Shown one piece after another: positions 46,212 to 56,640 of a stretch of 64,000 nucleotides of DNA (position 1 is its first letter; each line of letters begins with the position of its first letter). Made by a program: the position numbers and the translations under genes. Source of the DNA: a virus; the IMG/VR virus record IMGVR_UViG_3300040801_004314, positions 36,665-100,664 of that record; one strand, 5' to 3'. The notes under the pieces are model-generated. The model made no database searches. It was not told the DNA's origin and saw only the letters and a program-made list of their open reading frames with translations.

Positions 46212-48860
46212 ATGGTTGTAGTTTTTAAATTCACTGACGATTATGTGAAAAATAACAGAAGTAAAATTAACTCCTGTCTTCGAAAAAACAAAGATAATGT
46301 TTCTATTAGTAGAATACTAGTTTTTTTAGAGAAAAATGATCTTAATCTTGTTAAAAGTTCAGATATAAAGTATTATATAAAGAGAAATTATGATGTAACA
46401 AGAACTATAGATTATTGTTATAATATATATTCTGGAAGAGATTTTATATTTTCAACAGAAGTAATAAACTACTCTTTTAATGATATTAAAAAAGCCATTT
46501 ATGGTATCAACTATAAGCACTCCAAAAATTACTTTTTATACAATAGTAATAACATTGAAAATCTAAAGAGAAAAAGTGAACAAAAAAAAGAGACAAATAA
46601 GCCTTATAAGAGAAAGAAAAACATAAGTCCTGTTAATAGAAATAAAGTTAAAGCTTATTCAAAGTACATTAGTCGAAAATTAGATGTTATTATAGTTTGT
46701 GTTAACTACAGTGATGTTTTAAAAATTACACTACCACAAAATAAAAAAATATTCGAAAATATAACAATAGTCACCCATGTTAATGATAGAAAAACTATTG
46801 AATTGTGTAAAGTAAATAATATAAAATGTATAAAAGATAGTAATTGTGTTGATGAGAAGTTAAATAAGTCAATGGCTATAAATACAGGTATTCAATCTAT
46901 AAAAGATCCTGATTACATACTACTTTTAGATGCTGATATTATTGTCGAAAACGAAATAGATATTTATAAACTTAAAGATGATAGCATATATACCTGTGGT
47001 AGATACATAGTACCCAATGTTAATGATTATGATGAGTACTTATATAATTCTAAAGATATAAAAGATATATCCAGAAAAGAGAATGATAGAGGATTAGGCT
47101 TTTTCCAATTATTCAATTATAAAGAAAAGAATAAATATCCTGAGTCTGATTTTGACAGATACTCAAAAAACGAATGGGTAGATATTATATTCAAAAAATC
47201 ATTTAAAAACATAAAAAATATCGGTTTTGATGTTATCCACTTGGGAGTTGAGGGAAGCCCATGGTTAAATGTAGAAAATAAAGTAAAAAGAATAACTGAA
47301 ATAGAATCAAAAAGAGAGTCAACTAAAAAACCAAAGCTAGCCGTATTAACAACATTTTTCAACCCTAATGGTTATACCAATATAAAGTATAACTACATAA
47401 AATTCTCTGAAAAAATAAAAGATAAATGTGATCTTTTCCCTATTGAACTTTCATACGATGGGAACTTTTTCATAGATGACGAAAATTCAATAAGAATAAA
47501 AGGTAGCTCTAATAATGTTTTGTGGCAAAAAGAAAGATTATTAAATATAGCTTTAGAAAAGCTTCCAGAAAAATATACAAATGTTGCATGGATAGATTGT
47601 GATGTTTTATTCGATAATGATGATTGGGTGGATGAGGTTAATTATAAATTAGAAGAATTTAAAGTTTTGCATTTATTTGAGGAAGCAAAAAGGCTTGATA
47701 GAAAAGGTGATATAGGTAGATCTAGCAAAACCATACTAGTTAATAAACAGCCTGAGAATATAAATCTAAATAAAGGGATAACAGGTTTTGGTTGGGCTAT
47801 AAGGAGAGAAGTAATTGATGAATTAAAATTTTACGACAAGCAAATAATTGGTGGGGCAGATGCTCTTATGTTTTATTCTTTTATAGGAAAAGTAGATAAT
47901 GAAGTATCTTCTAAGATGAATGAAAAATGGTTTAACCATTACAAAAAATGGGCAACTAAATCATATGATATGGTTAAGGGATCTGTATCTTATGTTAGTG
48001 GTGATATAACACACCTTTATCATGGTGAAATTTCGAATAGAAATTATAATAATCGATATGAACTACTTAGTGATAATGACTTTAATCCTACCAAAGACAT
48101 GTATAAAAATAACAAAAAGCTTTGGCAACTTAGAAACAAGAACATAAAAAAGGGAATGAAAGAGTATTTTGTAGATAGAAATGAAGATGATAACGTTATT
48201 AATGTAAATGACTATTTTGATAATATATATGTTCTTAATTTAAAAAGAGATGCTGAAAAGATGAAAAAAGTATCCGAAAGATTAGATAGTTTTAATATAA
48301 ATTACGAAAGGTTTGAAGCAGTAGATGGTGAAACACTAGACACTGATTATGATTTTTCAAATTTTGTACAGGGAAAAGGTATGATTGAAAATGTCTATGC
48401 TTTGGGATGTTTGGAAAGCCATATGTCTATTATAAAAGATGCTAAGAAGAATAAGTACAAAAGAATACTTATCTTAGAAGATGATGTTTTACTAGCTGAA
48501 AACTTTCATGCACATTTTCAAAAGATAAGAAAGCTAAATAGTTGGAAATTATTGTATTTGGGTGCTAGTCAATATAATTGGGATGTAGAAGATATTGAGG
48601 ATTTTTATTACTGCAAAAAGACACTAGGTACATTTGCATATGCTCTTGATGAATCTATCTATGATATTATGCTTAATCAACCTATTGATAAATCAATCGA
48701 TAATATTCTATCTAGAGTTCAAGCTCAATTAGGCAGAAAAGCTTTATCTTTTTTCCCTTATCTGTGCATATCTGATGTATCTACATCAAATATAAGAGAC
48801 AGTAGAAATCAGGCTTTACATAGTAAAAGAATGAAATGGGATAAGCTAAAATATATATAA
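46212..48860 (+). CDS. Multidomain glycosyltransferase (GT2-like + second GT-A + GT25)
   Basis: VCVNYSD...LLLDADII; WQKERLLN...WIDCDVLF; YVLNLKR..FEAVDG..GCLESH..LILEDDV. Confidence 0.85.
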   Translation: MVVVFKFTDDYVKNNRSKINSCLRKNKDNVSISRILVFLEKNDLNLVKSSDIKYYIKRNYDVTRTIDYCYNIYSGRDFIFSTEVINYSFNDIKKAIYGINYKHSKNYFLYNSNNIENLKRKSEQKKETNKPYKRKKNISPVNRNKVKAYSKYISRKLDVIIVCVNYSDVLKITLPQNKKIFENITIVTHVNDRKTIELCKVNNIKCIKDSNCVDEKLNKSMAINTGIQSIKDPDYILLLDADIIVENEIDIYKLKDDSIYTCGRYIVPNVNDYDEYLYNSKDIKDISRKENDRGLGFFQLFNYKEKNKYPESDFDRYSKNEWVDIIFKKSFKNIKNIGFDVIHLGVEGSPWLNVENKVKRITEIESKRESTKKPKLAVLTTFFNPNGYTNIKYNYIKFSEKIKDKCDLFPIELSYDGNFFIDDENSIRIKGSSNNVLWQKERLLNIALEKLPEKYTNVAWIDCDVLFDNDDWVDEVNYKLEEFKVLHLFEEAKRLDRKGDIGRSSKTILVNKQPENINLNKGITGFGWAIRREVIDELKFYDKQIIGGADALMFYSFIGKVDNEVSSKMNEKWFNHYKKWATKSYDMVKGSVSYVSGDITHLYHGEISNRNYNNRYELLSDNDFNPTKDMYKNNKKLWQLRNKNIKKGMKEYFVDRNEDDNVINVNDYFDNIYVLNLKRDAEKMKKVSERLDSFNINYERFEAVDGETLDTDYDFSNFVQGKGMIENVYALGCLESHMSIIKDAKKNKYKRILILEDDVLLAENFHAHFQKIRKLNSWKLLYLGASQYNWDVEDIEDFYYCKKTLGTFAYALDESIYDIMLNQPIDKSIDNILSRVQAQLGRKALSFFPYLCISDVSTSNIRDSRNQALHSKRMKWDKLKYI

Positions 48861-48863
48861 ACA

Positions 48864-49529
48864 ATGAAAGAGGAAAATTTAGTCTACTATAAACATAAAG
48901 ATGGAAGTGGTGACTTTGGTGATTTTAAACATAAATTTTGTATAAATTTAAATAGAAGAAAAAATCGATGGAGAAATTCATTTAAAAATTTTAGTAATAA
49001 TAATATAACAGGCGTAAAGAGGTTTATAGCAGAAGATCATTATGATGTGAAAAATAAAAACATCAAAATAAACAAAGGATCGTATTGCTTAGGATTAACA
49101 ATAGAAAAAATATTATTAAAAGCCAAAGAAAGGGGTTATGAAGAAGTTTTAATATTCGAAGATGATGTAGAATTTGTAGAAAATTTTGAAAAACTATCAG
49201 AAAACTATTTGAAAGATATATACAAATACTGTAGTGAGTGGGATATGATATATTTCGGTGTGAATAACATAAAGACACCGATGAAAATAAATAAAAATAT
49301 AAATAAAATTAAAAAAGGATACACATCACACTGTATGATAATTAGGGATACTGTGTATGATATGATATTAGAAAAATTTAATAAATATAAATATATTAAG
49401 GAAATAGATGTTATTTATAGCGAAATGCACGAATATATAAATGCATATACTCCAAGTAAAGCACTTTGTGTACAAAGAGAAGACTTCTCTGATATAGAGG
49501 AAAAAGTTGTTAAAAAATATGTAGTTTAA
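48864..49529 (+). CDS. GT25-family glycosyltransferase
   Basis: CINLNRRKNRW, LIFEDDVEF, WDMIYFG, EIDV. Confidence 0.85.
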   Translation: MKEENLVYYKHKDGSGDFGDFKHKFCINLNRRKNRWRNSFKNFSNNNITGVKRFIAEDHYDVKNKNIKINKGSYCLGLTIEKILLKAKERGYEEVLIFEDDVEFVENFEKLSENYLKDIYKYCSEWDMIYFGVNNIKTPMKINKNINKIKKGYTSHCMIIRDTVYDMILEKFNKYKYIKEIDVIYSEMHEYINAYTPSKALCVQREDFSDIEEKVVKKYVV

Positions 49530-50375
49530 ATGTATAAGATAAGCGCAAATATAGTATGTAAGGATGAAGTATATTGGATCAAAGAATCCATACTATCCAT
49601 TGTTTATCTACTTGATGAAATTATATATGTTGATGATAGATCCAAAGACGGAAGCCTTGAAATAGTTAAGGAATTAGCAAATAATCACAGTAATATAAAA
49701 ATATTTGAATATTCTACACATGGATTAAATAATTTATGTGATTTAAAGAATTATGCTATGAATAAATCAAAAAATAAAATGGTTATCAGGTGGGATGCAG
49801 ACTTTATAGCTTATGAAGAAATAGAGAAACTGTTCTCTTATTGTCTAGAAAATTCAGACACTTATGATGCATATGTGCTTAAAGCACCAAATTTGCACGG
49901 TGATATAAATCATTTTTTAAAAGGTAAAGAGCATTTTGGTCCAGAGGTGTGTTTATACAAAAAAGATAAGATGCAATTCGAGCAAACTGATAGGTATAAT
50001 GATTATCCCATTTTTGACGAAGATACAAAATATTGCTATCCACATAATACAGCTTTATCCAGAAGTCATTTTTTTGTACATACTAACAAATTGAAATCTT
50101 GTGAAAAGCTTGCATATAGAAAAAGAATGACTGAATATCAAATGTCTGGTGAAAGCCATAAATCTTATTGGAAATGGTTAGGTGAAAAGACAAATCTAAC
50201 ACCAGAAGGTGTTAAGGATAGAGAAGTTAAAAATATAAAAAACGAAATATTGGAACTGGAAGAAATAGACTTTGAAAAATGGGGTAAACATCCAGAAATT
50301 TTAACTAAATCTAAGTCTTGTGAAAGTTTTAAAATAGAAAAGTTTGATAGTGGCTTTAAAATAGTTGCGCCATAA
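49530..50375 (+). CDS. GT2-family glycosyltransferase
   Basis: DEIIYVDDRSKDGS, RWDADF. Confidence 0.85.
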   Translation: MYKISANIVCKDEVYWIKESILSIVYLLDEIIYVDDRSKDGSLEIVKELANNHSNIKIFEYSTHGLNNLCDLKNYAMNKSKNKMVIRWDADFIAYEEIEKLFSYCLENSDTYDAYVLKAPNLHGDINHFLKGKEHFGPEVCLYKKDKMQFEQTDRYNDYPIFDEDTKYCYPHNTALSRSHFFVHTNKLKSCEKLAYRKRMTEYQMSGESHKSYWKWLGEKTNLTPEGVKDREVKNIKNEILELEEIDFEKWGKHPEILTKSKSCESFKIEKFDSGFKIVAP

Positions 50376-50388
50376 AATAAATAATATA

Positions 50389-51239
50389 ATGAAATATAAG
50401 ATATCAGCAAATATAGTAGCTAAAGATGAAATGTATTGGGTAAAGGAATCTATATTATCAATTGTAGAATTGGTTGATGAAATAATATTTATAGATGATG
50501 AGTCAACTGATAAAACCTTAGACATAGTTGAAGATCTAGCTAAAAAATATAAAAATATAAAAGTATTGAAAGCACAAGATCATGGACTTAGTAATTTAGG
50601 TGACCTTAAAAATTTTGCCAAAGATAACTCTAAAAATAAATGGATAATGAGATGGGATGCTGATTTTATAGCATACGAAGATATATATAAATTATTTGAA
50701 TTTGTGATGCTTAACGAGGACAAGTTTGATGGATATCCCATGACAGGTCCTAACTTATTCGGTGATATAAACCATTATTTAAATGGTAAAGAACATTACG
50801 GACCAGAGGTCAATATATTTAAAAAAAATAAAATGAGTTTCAAACACCAAAACAACCATATAGCCTACCCTGTTTTTGATAAAGGTATCATATACTGTTA
50901 CCTACTAAGAACTAAGTTGAAAAAGGATCATTTTTTTGTCCACATGAATTCGTTAAAAACAATAGAAAAAATAGCATTTAGGAAAAAAATGAATCCATAC
51001 CATATAACTAAAAAAATAATGAAAGCTATTGGGAGTGGATAGGGAGGAATAATAAAATAGATCCTAAAGTAGCCAAACATATAGAGAAAAACAAAGTTAG
51101 GGACACTTTTTATAATTTAGAAAAATTTGATTTTGAAAAATGGGGCAATCATCCAAAAATTCTAACCAATTCTGAATCATGTGATTTATTCAAAGTAAAG
51201 CAATTCAAAAAAGGCTTCAAAATAGTTGCACCTGACTAA
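50389..51239 (+). pseudogene. GT2 paralog of 49530-50375, frameshifted at an A7 run (51010-51016)
   Basis: The ORF stops at 51042, but the -1 frame continues ESYWEWIG...DFEKWGNHPKIL...GFKIVAPD* (stop at 51237-39), matching the paralog's C-terminus. Confidence 0.8.
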
Positions 51240-51271
51240 ACAAAAGGTTGTTTATTGATATAATAATCAAT

Positions 51272-52027
51272 ATGAACAATATTTATGAATTTTCGGTGAT
51301 TATGTCTTATAGACACTCTCCTGATAGAATAAAACCACTTAGAAGAGTTCTAGACTGGTTAGATACATTTAAAAAATGTCAAGTTATTCTAGTAGAACAA
51401 GATAAGCACTCAAAGATAAAAGACTTAAATTTATCTTGTGAACATATTTTTGTCAAGAACGACCAGTTATTTAACAGGTCATGGGGATTCAATATAGGTT
51501 TAAAATACGCACAGAGCGATATTGTTGTTTTTACTGACACTGATATACTAATGGAACAAAATAGTTTATTAGAAGGCTTAAAAATGACTAAAACTTACGA
51601 AGTTGTAAGTCCTTATAATAAAGTAGTTGATTTAGATCCAAGCGAAAGTCGGAAACCTTTAAGTGATATCTATAAAATAGATAAGGATGGAAGAGGTGAA
51701 AAAGATAATCAAAAAATAAATATGTGTGGTGGTCTTGTGATTTTTAGAAAAGATGCCATTAATAAGATCCAAGGTTGGAATGATATATTTGAGGGATGGG
51801 GTGCTGAAGATGACTTTCAAAACATGAAAGTCAAATATTTTCTTACACATAAAGAAATGAAATCAAATTGCTATCATTTATACCATATAAGAGAGTTAAA
51901 AGACAGAAATGCATATAAAAGAAACCTAATAATTTTACAAAAATATAATGAAATGAATAGGTTGACTTTATCTAAATCAATTAAACCTTTGATTAAGAAA
52001 AATAAAAAACTAAAGTATGATAAATAG
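51272..52027 (+). CDS. GT2/GT7-like (galactosyltransferase C-terminal type) glycosyltransferase
   Basis: VEQD, FNRSWGFNIG, FTDTD, GWNDIFEGWGAEDD, YHLYH. Confidence 0.85.
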   Translation: MNNIYEFSVIMSYRHSPDRIKPLRRVLDWLDTFKKCQVILVEQDKHSKIKDLNLSCEHIFVKNDQLFNRSWGFNIGLKYAQSDIVVFTDTDILMEQNSLLEGLKMTKTYEVVSPYNKVVDLDPSESRKPLSDIYKIDKDGRGEKDNQKINMCGGLVIFRKDAINKIQGWNDIFEGWGAEDDFQNMKVKYFLTHKEMKSNCYHLYHIRELKDRNAYKRNLIILQKYNEMNRLTLSKSIKPLIKKNKKLKYDK

Positions 52028-52775
52028 AGACTTTTTAAAAGACATAAAATCGATTTGTAACGTAGAATTTAAAGAGATAGAAAACAAACAAAATTTGATT
52101 TATCACTATACTTCTGCCTCTTATGAATATAGTAAGAGTGTGTATGATGATATAAACAAAGCTTTAAGACCTTTAAAAATAAAACGTTTAAATTTTGAAA
52201 TATCAGATGATGATTATGATAAAGAGAAAAATAAATTAGATAAATCAATAAAAAGAACATCGGATAAAAACACATTTACTTTTAAAACTTATGCATCGAG
52301 TTTCGAAAGGTACAATTTTTTAACCTATGAGACAATTTATGATTTTATAGTTGAAAAAATTATAAATTCTGATATTCTTATAACCAAACCTATTGATACA
52401 AATAAATATAAACATCTACATTTAACTAAATTAGAAACGCTAGATAGTAATTTTAGAAACATCCTTAATAATATTAATTATTATAACAATATGTATGTTT
52501 ATCGAAACAATCCAAGCTTAAATTTTTCGATAAACCCCACACTTATATTTGGCGAAGATCTACATGAGTTGTACATGCACGTAATATCTTCTGAATATAA
52601 AAAAGCCAACTTTATATTTGATAAAAATCTTGATAGAAAGTCAGTAATAGTTACCATACCCAATAATCAGATCAGTGAGGGTATAAATGTTATTATTGAT
52701 GAAAAAAATAAAGCTTTTTTGTATAGCCAGACTAAAAATTTCGATTATAATTATTATGAAATGCCAATTATTTAG
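52017..52775 (+). CDS. Hypothetical protein
   Basis: 252-aa ORF. Confidence 0.65.
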   Translation: MINRDFLKDIKSICNVEFKEIENKQNLIYHYTSASYEYSKSVYDDINKALRPLKIKRLNFEISDDDYDKEKNKLDKSIKRTSDKNTFTFKTYASSFERYNFLTYETIYDFIVEKIINSDILITKPIDTNKYKHLHLTKLETLDSNFRNILNNINYYNNMYVYRNNPSLNFSINPTLIFGEDLHELYMHVISSEYKKANFIFDKNLDRKSVIVTIPNNQISEGINVIIDEKNKAFLYSQTKNFDYNYYEMPII

Positions 52776-53310
52776 TATTTTCTACTCTAACCTTGTCGTA
52801 TTTTATAAGTAATTTGAAAAAATTATTATACTCTAATAATGGATTGTCAACAGTTTTTTTACACCAATTATTATTGTTATTTAAATACTCGACTACCATT
52901 CCTTTTTTTAGATCATCATGTTTTTTTGGTTTCCAGTATCTAGTTTGATCTAGAAATGAGAATGATATACCATTTAATATGTAAGAAATTTTATCCTCAT
53001 CAGTGTTATAAACTGATAGTGTTAATAAATCTTCCCTACCATCGTGAAATATTCTTTTTATAGATTCATCGCCATTGTATTTTATGATACAGTCACTTAT
53101 ATCAAAATGGTTTAATAAAAATACTGAATTTTTTCTAAGCTCATCATTGCTAACATCATTTGTAGCTAGTACACTATCACCATAGACACCCTTAAAAAAA
53201 GTCTTAAGGTCTAAGATGTGATAACCCATGGCATACAAAACAGATACTACATCATCTATTTTATTACCATGGATTATCAAATAAGAGCTATTGATATTAG
53301 TTAGATCCAT
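52768..53310 (-). CDS. Hypothetical protein
   Basis: 180-aa ORF. Confidence 0.7.
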   Translation of the reverse strand: MDLTNINSSYLIIHGNKIDDVVSVLYAMGYHILDLKTFFKGVYGDSVLATNDVSNDELRKNSVFLLNHFDISDCIIKYNGDESIKRIFHDGREDLLTLSVYNTDEDKISYILNGISFSFLDQTRYWKPKKHDDLKKGMVVEYLNNNNNWCKKTVDNPLLEYNNFFKLLIKYDKVRVENTK

Positions 53311-53313
53311 GAG

Positions 53314-54582
53314 TTATATATTAAAATTGAATTCTTTTGCTAATTCATCAACAAATATCTCTTGTGCCATCTCATAATGCTTAGATGGCACAGAAATACT
53401 ATCATGTACAGTGAATAAGTTAATGCTTGGCTCTTTTTCCATTATTCTTTTAACTATCCTATTAAAGATAAGGTTAGATTCTAGCCTTTGTAATTTATAA
53501 GATAGAACTTTATGATTATTATGTTGGTTCTTAAATATCGTTATAAATTTAAATATAGATGGAAATATTTTTTTAAATTCATTGTTTTTATCAAATTTAT
53601 CCTCTGTGTATATCTTATTCTTGCCAAATAATACGTTATAAGTTACTTTTTTAGCTGTTTTCTTTTTAGTTATACCCATTCTATCCATTATATATGAATA
53701 ATATTTCCCTTTTTTAACCAAATCTTTGAAAAATTTTAATTCTTCTTTATCCACCCAAGGACTGTTACATGAATCAATTAATTTAGCTAAAAACATAGGT
53801 TGAGAGTTATGTATATCAAGCTCTTTTAACTTATCACCATTTATAGATAAGCACTGTTGTCTTATAAAACTTCTAAGTACAGTAAAATTAGTATGCATTC
53901 TTCCATAATTATCAAAATGGTAAAATAGATCACCTTTTCTTATGGCTTCTATCGCATGCATATTTCTATTAAAGATATCATTTTTATCATCTTTGAGCAT
54001 ATTGATATATTCCTGAGCCTTTTTCATGTCTATATCTATTGTGAAAAGACTCTCTATCATCTTTCTTCTGACTAGAAATTCAATATTATATTCATTGTTA
54101 TTTATTTTCTCATCCTCATATAAACCGATTGCTCTTTTAATGTATTTTTTTAATAGAAACTTATCATAGTTTTTATACCTCCTTATTTTTTTATCTAATA
54201 TCTCTGGATTGAGTGAATAGCTATTAGAATGACTGCCTTTTAAGTAACCTCTTCCTTTAACTAATACTCCCTCATCAACTAAATAATCTACATAGATGTT
54301 ATAATGACTTCCATATCTCACTCTCATAACAGCAGAATTTAACTGAAAGGTGTTTCTTTTATAAATCAATACATTAAAAATACCTGTGTTTACTAAGTCT
54401 ATAATGTAACTAGATTTTAAGTTTTTATTTTTATATTTTACTTTCTGCACATCTAGTAAGTATGCTATTTCATCTGGTACAAATTGGTATATAAATTTTT
54501 TTGATTTTATTTTTTCAATAGTTTTTCTATCATCATCATAACTTTTATCGGTTAAGATTGGATTATTTTTTACTAAGCTCAT
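53314..54582 (-). CDS. Minimal family-A polymerase-fold protein (TV-Pol-like) with N-terminal wHTH-like region
   Basis: GRMHT; motif A ELDIHNSQP; motif B AKKVTYNVLFG; LQRLES; motif C TVHDSI. Confidence 0.72.
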   Translation of the reverse strand: MSLVKNNPILTDKSYDDDRKTIEKIKSKKFIYQFVPDEIAYLLDVQKVKYKNKNLKSSYIIDLVNTGIFNVLIYKRNTFQLNSAVMRVRYGSHYNIYVDYLVDEGVLVKGRGYLKGSHSNSYSLNPEILDKKIRRYKNYDKFLLKKYIKRAIGLYEDEKINNNEYNIEFLVRRKMIESLFTIDIDMKKAQEYINMLKDDKNDIFNRNMHAIEAIRKGDLFYHFDNYGRMHTNFTVLRSFIRQQCLSINGDKLKELDIHNSQPMFLAKLIDSCNSPWVDKEELKFFKDLVKKGKYYSYIMDRMGITKKKTAKKVTYNVLFGKNKIYTEDKFDKNNEFKKIFPSIFKFITIFKNQHNNHKVLSYKLQRLESNLIFNRIVKRIMEKEPSINLFTVHDSISVPSKHYEMAQEIFVDELAKEFNFNI

Positions 54583-54596
54583 ATAATAAGTAGTTG

Positions 54597-55922
54597 TTAT
54601 TGTTTGTTTTTGTTGTCTAACGGATCAATACCTTTGCTTTTTTTGTCTTTTTTAGAATTTGAGTCACTTCCTTTTTCAAATTCATCATAAACATCTGGAT
54701 AGACTTGCCCCTCAGCATCCGTATCATATTTTATATCGAAAAAATCTCCAAAATCTAAAAGACCAGATTTGTTTAATTCTACCTCATGTACCATACCTAG
54801 GTGAATATCAATCATATTCGATATTTTATCAACGAATTTATTGAATAATACAACTGTGTTTTCAGTAAATATACCGATAGGCTTTTTCCTTTTCGTTTTA
54901 AAAGATCCTAGTATGACTTTAAAAATATATTCTAATTTCCTATGTTCTTTTATATATTCCTTGGTCAATTTGTTGTCGATAAGTTCTGTGTTTATTTTAA
55001 ATTTATCTTTATCGAAAAAATCTGGAACGACAAAATCAAATTTTAAAAGATCATCTTTGACTTCCGAAACATATATGTTGAAAAGTTTACACATTATGTA
55101 AATGTAGCATTCTTCTCTAGTATTTTCATCAATTTTTATATCTTCTAGATTCACTGACTGTGAAAAGTTAAGAAAGTTCACTAATATCAAAGTATAAACC
55201 TCAACGAATTCAGTATTATTAGTATTTTCTACTCTAGAGTATAAAGGATTCAATAACTGAAAAGATATATCGTCTTTTTTTGTCTTTATTATTATCTTTT
55301 CAATATTTTTTTGATAGTAATCACCATCCATTAAAAATGAATTATTTAAAGATGGGTTTAGTATTTTATAAAAGAAATAAGCAAAAGACTTTTCACCAAA
55401 TATATACTCTAAGTCATCCTCACTAGTATTTAAAAAGTATTTTATCGCTTCTTTCATACTTTCTGTTAGCTTTCCCTGAAATATAACAGGCACTACATCA
55501 ACGTTTAATAATCTTGAATATTCTTCTAATTCTTCTATATTAAATTTATATTTACCAGATTTATTTATAGATGTAAGCACCATGTTATTTTTAGGTGTTT
55601 TATCATATTCTATATTACCTGGTTGGTTATCTGGAAAATATTCGAAACAAAACCACCATTTTTTATTTAGTAATGCTTTGACTCTTTTATCCATGGAATT
55701 GAAATATTCAATAGCTGGATTATAATATTTTTGCATAGCAAGATCTATTAAGTTAATTGGTTTTGATGATAATGATTTTGGTTTAATAGTAAACTCTTCA
55801 CCATCCCAATTAACCCATATTTTACTTCCCTGTACATCCTCATATACTACTAACTCATCGTTCATCATATCATTAATGATATCATCTTCGTTAAGTCCAT
55901 TTAATGTAATTAGTTTACCCAT
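54597..55922 (-). CDS. RNA-ligase (Rnl2)-like nucleotidyltransferase fold, catalytic Lys apparently missing
   Basis: VYEDVQGSKI (cf. EKxDGS), FCFEYF, VPVIFQG, IEKIIIK (cf. EGxVxK). Confidence 0.5.
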   Translation of the reverse strand: MGKLITLNGLNEDDIINDMMNDELVVYEDVQGSKIWVNWDGEEFTIKPKSLSSKPINLIDLAMQKYYNPAIEYFNSMDKRVKALLNKKWWFCFEYFPDNQPGNIEYDKTPKNNMVLTSINKSGKYKFNIEELEEYSRLLNVDVVPVIFQGKLTESMKEAIKYFLNTSEDDLEYIFGEKSFAYFFYKILNPSLNNSFLMDGDYYQKNIEKIIIKTKKDDISFQLLNPLYSRVENTNNTEFVEVYTLILVNFLNFSQSVNLEDIKIDENTREECYIYIMCKLFNIYVSEVKDDLLKFDFVVPDFFDKDKFKINTELIDNKLTKEYIKEHRKLEYIFKVILGSFKTKRKKPIGIFTENTVVLFNKFVDKISNMIDIHLGMVHEVELNKSGLLDFGDFFDIKYDTDAEGQVYPDVYDEFEKGSDSNSKKDKKSKGIDPLDNKNKQ

Positions 55923-55954
55923 AATTCTTGATTTCTGTTTTTATCAATTATTCT

Positions 55955-56230
55955 TTATTTGTTGTCTAAAAAGCTTATAATTTTATGAATATTATCTTTG
56001 GTAAAGCCATACATCGGCTCACCACCATTTTTTAAATACTCACCATATAAATTATTATACTCATCTATTGTATAGAAGTTATTTGTTATATCACAAAATA
56101 CTACATCAGTATCATGACCAGTTACAGTTTTATTTTGAATCCCTGTTTCACCATATGCAGGTCCAACAGGTCCGACTAATTCAGTTCCTGAAATTTCTTC
56201 ATTTACAAATTGTTTAAATTTCTTAATCAT
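55955..56230 (-). CDS. Small protein with MIKKFKQFVNEE N-terminus
   Basis: 91-aa ORF, ATGA-coupled to the upstream gene. Confidence 0.7.
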   Translation of the reverse strand: MIKKFKQFVNEEISGTELVGPVGPAYGETGIQNKTVTGHDTDVVFCDITNNFYTIDEYNNLYGEYLKNGGEPMYGFTKDNIHKIISFLDNK

Positions 56231-56640
56231 AGTCTGGTTATTTTTTCAAAATATTCATCATGTTCTTCCAAAGAGTATACTTTTTTCTTTTCGTTATATA
56301 TAATATTATACAAGTACCTGTCGTGTATTTTGTGTGTAATATCTCTTTTCATATAAATATCATAAGATTCATTATTTCTATTTTCATTATCTGAAACTTT
56401 TACTATTTTTTCACCTATCTTCCCATTTCTGTCTTTTAGGTTACAAATAATACTTACTTTATTTTCTAACATATCTCTTAGTCTATAAAAGGTGTTAGTC
56501 ACTGAAAGCATCATAAAGTCTTGTCCATTGTTATAAATAGAAGAATATATTTTACTTTTCTTTTTATCAGTTATCTTTTTCTCTATTTTACCAAATCCAA
56601 AGAATATGTTTTCTAGCTTGTTATTTCTAATGATTTTCAT
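56227..56640 (-). CDS. Hypothetical protein
   Basis: ATG at 56640 just after TAATATATA (56653-56645). Confidence 0.6.
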   Translation of the reverse strand: MKIIRNNKLENIFFGFGKIEKKITDKKKSKIYSSIYNNGQDFMMLSVTNTFYRLRDMLENKVSIICNLKDRNGKIGEKIVKVSDNENRNNESYDIYMKRDITHKIHDRYLYNIIYNEKKKVYSLEEHDEYFEKITRL

